NCBI GenBank assembly: GCA_964391395.1
Contig: CAYMLJ010000002.1
Coordinates: 1-41,630 of the forward strand
Origin: an uncultured Ruminiclostridium sp.
GTDB taxonomy: Bacteria > Bacillota > Clostridia > DSM-8532
Length of the DNA: 41,630 nucleotides
Reading direction: 5' to 3'
The position numbers and the translations under genes are program-made. The notes below the pieces were generated by a model, which saw only the letters and a program-made list of their open reading frames with translations, made no database searches and was not told the DNA's origin. Below, piece after piece: positions 35,210 to 41,630 of the stretch (position 1 is its first letter; every line of letters starts with the position of its first letter).

Positions 35210-36130
35210 ATGAAGCATTTATTATGTTTAAGTCAATGGACCGGTGAAGAGATAAATGAAACCTTGAAACTGGCTGAAAAGCTTAAATTTGAAAATAAAA
35301 ACGGCATAAGACATAATCATCTTTTGAAGGGTAAATCTCTCGGTTTGATTTTCAGCAAGTCTTCCACCAGAACCAGAGTATCTTTCGAAGTCGGTATGTA
35401 TCAATTAGGCGGGTACTCCATGTTCTTAAGCTCAAATGATATTCAGCTTGGCAGAGGAGAAACTGTTCCTGATACGGCAAAGACTCTGTCCAGATATTTA
35501 GATGGAATTATGATAAGGACATATAAACAAAGCGATGTAGAAGAATTGGCTGCTTACGGGAGCATACCTATTATTAACGGTCTGACCGACAGCCAGCATC
35601 CCTGCCAAATTCTCGCCGATCTTCAAACAATCAAAGAATACAAGGGCGATCTTCGTGGGTTGAAATTAGCTTATGTAGGGGATGGCAATAATGTAGCCAA
35701 CTCACTTATGATAGGATGCGCTAAGGTAGGCATGAACATTTCGGTTGCTACGCCCAAAGGCTATGAATGCGATGAAGAATCTGTTAAGCTTGCAAAAGAT
35801 GCTGCGGCCGAAACAGGAGCCATTGTGATAAATGGTTATGATCCTATAGATGCAGTAAAAGATGCCGACGTGATTTATACCGATACATGGGTCAGTATGG
35901 GAATGGAATCGGAAAAAGAACAAAGACTCAAAATCTTTATGCCCTTTCAAGTAAATAAAGAGCTTATGCAAATGGCAAAGGATGATGCGATTTTTATGCA
36001 TTGTCTACCTGCCTACAGAGGCTATGAAGTAACCGTAGATGTTATTGACGGTCCTCAATCTGTTGTATTCGAAGAGGCCGAGAATAGGCTCCACGCTCAA
36101 AAATCTGTACTTGTAAAACTCATGGGGTGA
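35210..36130 (+). CDS. argF: Ornithine carbamoyltransferase
   Basis: 306 aa from the ATG at 35210. STRTRVSFE, HPCQ and HCLPA motifs. Confidence 0.93.
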   Translation: MKHLLCLSQWTGEEINETLKLAEKLKFENKNGIRHNHLLKGKSLGLIFSKSSTRTRVSFEVGMYQLGGYSMFLSSNDIQLGRGETVPDTAKTLSRYLDGIMIRTYKQSDVEELAAYGSIPIINGLTDSQHPCQILADLQTIKEYKGDLRGLKLAYVGDGNNVANSLMIGCAKVGMNISVATPKGYECDEESVKLAKDAAAETGAIVINGYDPIDAVKDADVIYTDTWVSMGMESEKEQRLKIFMPFQVNKELMQMAKDDAIFMHCLPAYRGYEVTVDVIDGPQSVVFEEAENRLHAQKSVLVKLMG

Positions 36131-36134
36131 TAAA

Positions 36135-36602
36135 ATGTCTAATCCGTTAATTATCAGGCGCGCGACCGCAGAGGATGCGCCTGCTGTTTTTTCTATAATC
36201 CAAAAGGCATTTAACGAATACAGCAGAATAACAGGTCAAACAAATCTGGAAGCCCTCTATGAAACTGTGGAGGATATTTTAAAGGAAATACAAACAAAGG
36301 TTGTTTTTATTGCTATCATTAATAATAATATAGTGGGAACGGTAAAGCTAGGTATTAAGGGTGATGAAGCATATCTTAGCAGATTCGCGGTAGACTATAA
36401 TAGTCAAAACACCGGAATAGGAAAATCCCTTATGAATGAAGTGGATACATATCTTAAGGAAATGGGTGTAACAAAGGTTACTCTTCATACATCTTCAAAG
36501 CATGATGTTCTTATGCGCTTCTATTATGGAATAGGCTTTTATGCGGAAGCCATTGAAACTGATAGAGGCTATTTAAGAGCACGTATGGTAAAAGAATATT
36601 GA
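36135..36602 (+). CDS. GNAT-family N-acetyltransferase
   Basis: 155 aa with an acetyl-CoA-binding-like QNTGIGKSLM segment and typical GNAT length and layout. Confidence 0.85.
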   Translation: MSNPLIIRRATAEDAPAVFSIIQKAFNEYSRITGQTNLEALYETVEDILKEIQTKVVFIAIINNNIVGTVKLGIKGDEAYLSRFAVDYNSQNTGIGKSLMNEVDTYLKEMGVTKVTLHTSSKHDVLMRFYYGIGFYAEAIETDRGYLRARMVKEY

Positions 36603-36656
36603 TAGACAGGGTAATAGACAGGGGACGGTTCTCTGTCTTACGGTTCTCTGTCTTAT
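36603..36656 (+). repeat. Tandem-plus-inverted repeat cluster (probable terminator) after the GNAT gene
   Basis: AGACAGGG occurs twice (36604-36611, 36616-36623), followed by CGGTTCTCTGTCTTA twice (36626-36640, 36641-36655). The inner pair forms a 9-10-bp stem with a CGG loop. Confidence 0.5.
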
Positions 36657-36808
36657 CGGCCACTTTATAATCTAAGAAAAGCTACCTGTCTGTTTGGTAG
36701 AATAAATTGGACAATTTTATATGCGCAATTTTTTACTATATGAAATAAAACCCAAATAAAGTATAATAGATACAACAACCATGCTTGTACAAACGAGGTA
36801 TATTAAGT

Positions 36809-38131
36809 ATGGCTTTAATAAAAAAAGTTGTCATAACGTGCTTAATCATGGCAGTTCTTGTCACGACCCTTGTGTCATGCAAATCTGTTGACAGAATAAA
36901 ACCCGTAAGTTTAACAGATGAAACTGAGGTCCCATCAAAAATTAATCTACGATTTATTAGTAGCTGGGGAGGTGTCGATACCAAAGCCGATCCTCTGCAG
37001 CAGGTACTAAACGGTTTTATGGAAGACAACCCCGATATCGAAGTTATTAATGAATCAATGTATGGAGAGGACTTTTTGCATAAGCTGAAAACTGATTTCG
37101 CATCAGGTTATAATCCCGATGTTTTTGGATTATGGCCGGGGTCGGATATCAGAGCTTTGGTTGAGGCCGGGAAGGTTGCGGATATAACATACCTGTTGGA
37201 GGAGGACAAGGCTTGGAAGGACACCTTCGGTGAAAACGAATGGCAGTTTACTACCTATAACGATAGGATCTATGGATTACCCCTTGAAATTATATATGAG
37301 TGTTTGTTTATAAACAGAGATATGTTTGTAAAATACAATGTCAAGGTACCCAGAACATATGGAGATTTAAAGCAGGCTGTAATTGATTTTAGGAAAAATG
37401 GAGTAATACCCATTGCCTATAATTCAACAGCCGAAGGAACCTATCTCTATCAGAATATTGTCGCACGTTTAGGTGGAAGAGAGAATGTGGAGAGACCGTT
37501 TATAAACGGAATTCCAAATAGTTGCTATGTTGAGGCTATGGAATATGTCAAAGAGCTTTACCAGATGGAAGCTTTCCCATCCGATGCATTCAAAATCAGC
37601 AGCAGGGAAAGGGATGACCTATTTATAAACAAAAAGGCCGCTATGATTGTTCAGGGATCATGGTTCATCGGCCGTTTTCCAGACGGTGATACAACTGTTG
37701 ATATTGTGCCGTTTCCCTATATCAGAGAAGGAGTCACCAGCGAATCTGCCCTGATATATGGTTTTGGATGCGGTTCCTTTCATATGAGCAAATCCGCATC
37801 TGTTGATGAGGCCCGAAATAATGCATCTATCAAGTTGTTAAAAGCTCTAACATCAAAAGAAAGCGCAGAGATTTTTGCCAAAAGAACAGGGATGTTAAGT
37901 AATGTTGACTCAGAAAGACTCAATACCTACAAAGGAAGGTTGAGAGTCAACGAAAAAGCGTTATTGAATGCTGCCGATGAATTGATTGGCCCACCCGACA
38001 GTTTTGTAGACAGATCAATATGGGAGGGTACTATTGTCGAGGAGTTTCCTTACGTGCTTGTCGGTGAGAAAACACCGGAACAGGTTTGGGATCAAGTTAA
38101 GGAAGAGTATAAGGCAAAGGGTCTGGAGTAG
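36809..38131 (+). CDS. Extracellular solute-binding lipoprotein (ABC family 1, sugar-type)
   Basis: Lipobox LVSC after a hydrophobic signal (MALIKKVVITCLIMAVLVTTLVSC), with SBP_bac_1-like sequence. I prefer the ATG at 36809. Confidence 0.85.
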   Translation: MALIKKVVITCLIMAVLVTTLVSCKSVDRIKPVSLTDETEVPSKINLRFISSWGGVDTKADPLQQVLNGFMEDNPDIEVINESMYGEDFLHKLKTDFASGYNPDVFGLWPGSDIRALVEAGKVADITYLLEEDKAWKDTFGENEWQFTTYNDRIYGLPLEIIYECLFINRDMFVKYNVKVPRTYGDLKQAVIDFRKNGVIPIAYNSTAEGTYLYQNIVARLGGRENVERPFINGIPNSCYVEAMEYVKELYQMEAFPSDAFKISSRERDDLFINKKAAMIVQGSWFIGRFPDGDTTVDIVPFPYIREGVTSESALIYGFGCGSFHMSKSASVDEARNNASIKLLKALTSKESAEIFAKRTGMLSNVDSERLNTYKGRLRVNEKALLNAADELIGPPDSFVDRSIWEGTIVEEFPYVLVGEKTPEQVWDQVKEEYKAKGLE

Positions 38132-38145
38132 TACCGGGAGAAGAT

Positions 38146-39972
38146 ATGAAAAGTATTAAGGGTAAACTGGCAAGAATATATAAAAACCTGTCAATTAAGA
38201 GGAAGATACTTCTTATTTTTTATATTCAGGTAACCATACCTCTTATCCTAATAGGGTTTATGAGTTATAAAATTTCCTCTGACATTATCTACAAAAAATC
38301 TGTAGAATATACCCAGAACATTCTTCACACAATTGAGCTGAGACTGAATGACTATGTAAATAACCTGATTATGGTTTCACAGGATTTTCTTTATGATAAA
38401 AAGATATATGATATAATCAGCAATAATAATACCTATATACCCCCCTTAATAGAATACGAAAACAAAACTGAAATAAACAACACACTGAAAAAAATTGTTT
38501 TTTCCAGAGAGGAAATACAATCAATATGTTTGATTTCGTCTAACGAAGAATTCTATTCGGCAGACAACAACAGCCGTAAGATAAGTATTAAAGAAGCAAT
38601 CAGTGATGTTAGAGAGGATATATATATTACGGCTCGCAGCAATATGGGGAAAGCGGTATGGTTTGCTGAAGCAAAGGACAAGTTGGCTGAAAACGTATAC
38701 TTTGCCAGAACTATATATAATAAGGATAATTTTAGGGAAATTGGTCTTATGGTAATTATGTTTAAAAAAGACCACCTCCTAACATTATTCAATGATTTGT
38801 CCACTGTTGATATTCCTAAGATTGCTGTTATATCATCGGCCAATGAGGTTATTGCCAGCCGGGATCAAAGCATTGATTACCTTTTTGAGCCTGAAATACA
38901 AAACATTATAACAGATTCTAGAGGAGCATTTATTGACAAAAAGGAGGAAGCGCTGGTTTCCTATGTCTCAATGCAGGAACCGTCGTGGCGGATTATTACT
39001 TATGTATCCTTAAACCAATTATATAGAGAAATAAATCTTTTAAGAAACTGGATAATTTTATTGAGCATACTCTCAGTTAGCCTTTTGTCGGTATTTGGTC
39101 TTTTCATATCGTTTGATCTTATTAGCCCTATAAACAGGCTTGTAAAAGGAATGAAAAAGATTCAAAAAGGACAGTGGGTAGTAAATATGGATGAGGACAG
39201 AGGGGATGAACTAGGTTTCTTAAGTAAGACCTTCAATGAAATGACAAAGGAAATCGACCACCTTGTTAATCGTATCTATAGAGAACAACTTACAAGGAAG
39301 GATGCTGAAATCAAAGCTCTCCAGTCTCAGATTAATCCGCATTTTCTTTTTAATACACTGGAGTCGATAAACTGGATGGCCCAACTGAATAATGTCCCTG
39401 AAATCAGTGAAACTGTTTCGGCTTTGTCTTCTCTGATGGAAATAAGTATAGGCAGGGACGATAGGCTGATAACTATTGAAGAGGAATTCACCTACATAGA
39501 TAATTATATTTTAATTCTAAAAAAGAGATTTGAGGATCGAATAACTCTCGAAAAGAATATTCAGAGCGAGGTTATGGATATTAAAATCCCCAGGTTGCTG
39601 ATACAGCCCCTCATTGAAAATGCGGTATACCATGGCTTGGAAAGGAGTAGAAATAAAGGAGTTATCAAGCTGAATGCTCAAATTTCAGGCGACGAAGTAT
39701 TAATTGAGGTGGTCGATAATGGATTGGGAATTGAGAAGGACGAGCTTGAAATAATTAATGATAAGCTTTCCATGGATAACGAGACATATTTTAGAAGTAT
39801 GGAGAGCAATGGCAAGAAAAGCATAGGTATTGAGAATGTCAACAGAAGGATTAAACTTCTGTATGGAGAGGAATATACATTAAGACTGGAAAGTGTTCCG
39901 GGCGAATATACCAAAGTAATTGTACATATTCCTTATTCAAAATCTGATTCAAGGAGGGATCCGGGTGTTTAA
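38146..39972 (+). CDS. Sensor histidine kinase, YesM-like (two TM segments, HAMP, His_kinase, HATPase_c)
   Basis: 608 aa. QINPHFLFNTL H-box of the PF06580 type, LIQPLIENAVYHG and DNGLGI ATPase motifs. There is a sensor domain of about 270 aa between two hydrophobic segments. Confidence 0.9.
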   Translation: MKSIKGKLARIYKNLSIKRKILLIFYIQVTIPLILIGFMSYKISSDIIYKKSVEYTQNILHTIELRLNDYVNNLIMVSQDFLYDKKIYDIISNNNTYIPPLIEYENKTEINNTLKKIVFSREEIQSICLISSNEEFYSADNNSRKISIKEAISDVREDIYITARSNMGKAVWFAEAKDKLAENVYFARTIYNKDNFREIGLMVIMFKKDHLLTLFNDLSTVDIPKIAVISSANEVIASRDQSIDYLFEPEIQNIITDSRGAFIDKKEEALVSYVSMQEPSWRIITYVSLNQLYREINLLRNWIILLSILSVSLLSVFGLFISFDLISPINRLVKGMKKIQKGQWVVNMDEDRGDELGFLSKTFNEMTKEIDHLVNRIYREQLTRKDAEIKALQSQINPHFLFNTLESINWMAQLNNVPEISETVSALSSLMEISIGRDDRLITIEEEFTYIDNYILILKKRFEDRITLEKNIQSEVMDIKIPRLLIQPLIENAVYHGLERSRNKGVIKLNAQISGDEVLIEVVDNGLGIEKDELEIINDKLSMDNETYFRSMESNGKKSIGIENVNRRIKLLYGEEYTLRLESVPGEYTKVIVHIPYSKSDSRRDPGV

Positions 39973-41593
39973 AGTAATTATAATAGATGATGAGCCTATC
40001 ATCAGAAAAGGGTTAAGAAATATAATCGACTGGAAGCAGTATGATTGCGAAATCTGCGCCGAAGCTGCTGACGGTGTTGAAGGTGCTGAATTGATAAGGT
40101 CCCATTGCCCGGATATTGTTTTTACAGACATAAAAATGCCTGAAGTAGATGGACTTTCCATGATAAAGGAAATCAAGGATAATGTCGCTGACAGTAAGAT
40201 TATAATACTCACAGGGTACAGGGATTTTGACTATGCTCAAGAAGCAATTAAACTCGGGGCATTTGACTTTATTTTAAAACCCTCGAAAATAGAAGAACTT
40301 ATCGATGTTGTAAAAAGAGCTATTAAGGAGCTTAAATTTCAGCGGGACAGGACCGAAGAGATAGAAAAGCTTAAGGAGCTATACAAGCAAAACCTTCCGG
40401 TACTGAGAGAAAGACTTCTTTTTGATGTTCTAAGTGGAATTAATACGAATGAAGAACTGATAAAAGCAAAAATGTCGCTTTTTGGGCTAGAGGTTGCCAA
40501 TTTTACACTTCTAGTAGTAGAAAATGATAGTGATACCGGTGAAAATAATGAACGTGATGATCCGTATAGCTCCCATCTTTACCAGTTTGGGATAATCAAT
40601 ACCTTTGAAGAAACGGTTTCAGAGGATTTCAAGATAATTAGCGTAACTCTTGACGACAAAAGAATAGCATTTATTGTAAAGCATCCTGATTCACGTGGTA
40701 GTCATATTGATTTGATACAGAAAAAGTGTACATATCTTCAGGATATTATTGCTAATTGTTTTTGCTTTACCATAACAATAGGAATAAGCTCGGAAGGTCA
40801 TGGAGCCATGCAGCTTTCAACAAAGTTGAAAGAATGTATGGAGGCTTTGGAGCATAAGTTCTATATTGGGAATAACTCTATCATCTGCTATAAGGACCTT
40901 CATTCCTTTTTCAGAAGCGAAGATACCTCGCTTCTTGAAAATTATAAAAAGTTACTATCAGACGGTATTAAATCCGGTAATGAGATACTTGTAAATAAGA
41001 GACTCAAAGATATAACCGATTATATTGACTGTTGTGCCGGCAGTATTAACAGGGACAGCCTCAAAAATTTCTACTGTGCAACGGTAACTTTAATCAATAA
41101 CATTAGGGTTTCTGTGGGTGTGGAGAATAACCCCAAAGGGTTGCTAAGTAAGGATATCAGCAGCTTAATAAGGATGATTGAAAAATCCGACAACTTAAAA
41201 GAGCTTAATGTTATATTGGAGGAAATTGCACTTAGTGTGGTTTCCAAAGTAAATATTTATAACAATAGAGGTATTAAACTGATTATGCAAAGAGCCATGG
41301 AGTTTATTGATGAGAATTACAATGAACAGATAAGCCTAAATGAAATAGCCGAACACACATTTGTTAGCACCTATTACATAAGTAGACTTTTTAAAAAAGA
41401 ATTGGGTAAAAATTTTGTCGATTATTTAAATGAAATACGGATCACAAAGGCAAAGGAACTACTAAAGGATCTACGGTTCAAAACTTATGAGGTAGCTGAA
41501 CTGGTGGGAATATCCGATGCTCATTATTTTTCAAAGCTATTTAAAAAGTATGAGGGTATAACGCCCTCAGAATATAGGGATACAGTTAGGTAA
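39965..41593 (+). CDS. Response regulator with AraC-type HTH output, YesN-like
   Basis: Receiver domain (IIIDDEP, DIVFTDIKMP, ILTGY) plus a C-terminal AraC HTH (ISRLFKKELG...GITPSEYR). A GTG start at 39965 overlaps the kinase stop by 8 nt, with a GGAGGG RBS. Confidence 0.9.
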   Translation: MFKVIIIDDEPIIRKGLRNIIDWKQYDCEICAEAADGVEGAELIRSHCPDIVFTDIKMPEVDGLSMIKEIKDNVADSKIIILTGYRDFDYAQEAIKLGAFDFILKPSKIEELIDVVKRAIKELKFQRDRTEEIEKLKELYKQNLPVLRERLLFDVLSGINTNEELIKAKMSLFGLEVANFTLLVVENDSDTGENNERDDPYSSHLYQFGIINTFEETVSEDFKIISVTLDDKRIAFIVKHPDSRGSHIDLIQKKCTYLQDIIANCFCFTITIGISSEGHGAMQLSTKLKECMEALEHKFYIGNNSIICYKDLHSFFRSEDTSLLENYKKLLSDGIKSGNEILVNKRLKDITDYIDCCAGSINRDSLKNFYCATVTLINNIRVSVGVENNPKGLLSKDISSLIRMIEKSDNLKELNVILEEIALSVVSKVNIYNNRGIKLIMQRAMEFIDENYNEQISLNEIAEHTFVSTYYISRLFKKELGKNFVDYLNEIRITKAKELLKDLRFKTYEVAELVGISDAHYFSKLFKKYEGITPSEYRDTVR

Positions 41594-41630
41594 TCCCGAT
41601 TAACTCGACAAGTGTCAAGGGGACGGTCCC

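Overview
This looks like a low-GC Firmicutes chromosome segment, probably a spore-forming member of the Clostridia. That call rests on T-box and glmS-ribozyme leaders, a spoVM micro-gene, TTG/GTG starts and GGAGG ribosome-binding sites.

The core part (1-22.9 kb) carries rluB, a membrane protein, glyA, yceD-rpmF, a DUF512 radical-SAM gene, a 23-codon spoVM that is absent from the ORF track, and rpmB. A T-box-controlled operon of about 13 kb follows: ilvB-ilvN-ilvC-leuA-cimA-leuC-leuD-leuB-ilvD plus a second ilvB. Next come glmM, behind a structured leader that contains a terminator, and glmS, behind a clear glmS ribozyme.

The stretch from the glmS stop to argF (about 22.96-35.15 kb) looks accessory and partly decayed:
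- a 59-aa YegP/DUF1508 gene that is not in the track
- a CapA-family gene
- a serine hydrolase with a Pro/Thr linker
- a fructokinase frameshifted in a homopolymer, a D-lyxose isomerase and a permease remnant
- an IS110-family element
- a PRTase

The headline feature sits in this stretch. It is a 1024-aa protein with an N-terminal TIR domain, one transmembrane helix, five heptad repeats and about 750 aa of WD40-like beta-propeller blades. This gives a Toll-like-receptor-style topology. It is divergently paired with a DHH/DHHA1 phosphoesterase that carries an unassigned C-terminal extension.

The window ends with argF (palindromic ARG-box-like operator), a GNAT, and a YesMN-type module of solute-binding protein, histidine kinase and AraC-type response regulator.

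All calls come from reading the sequence and the supplied translations. No database search or folding program was run.
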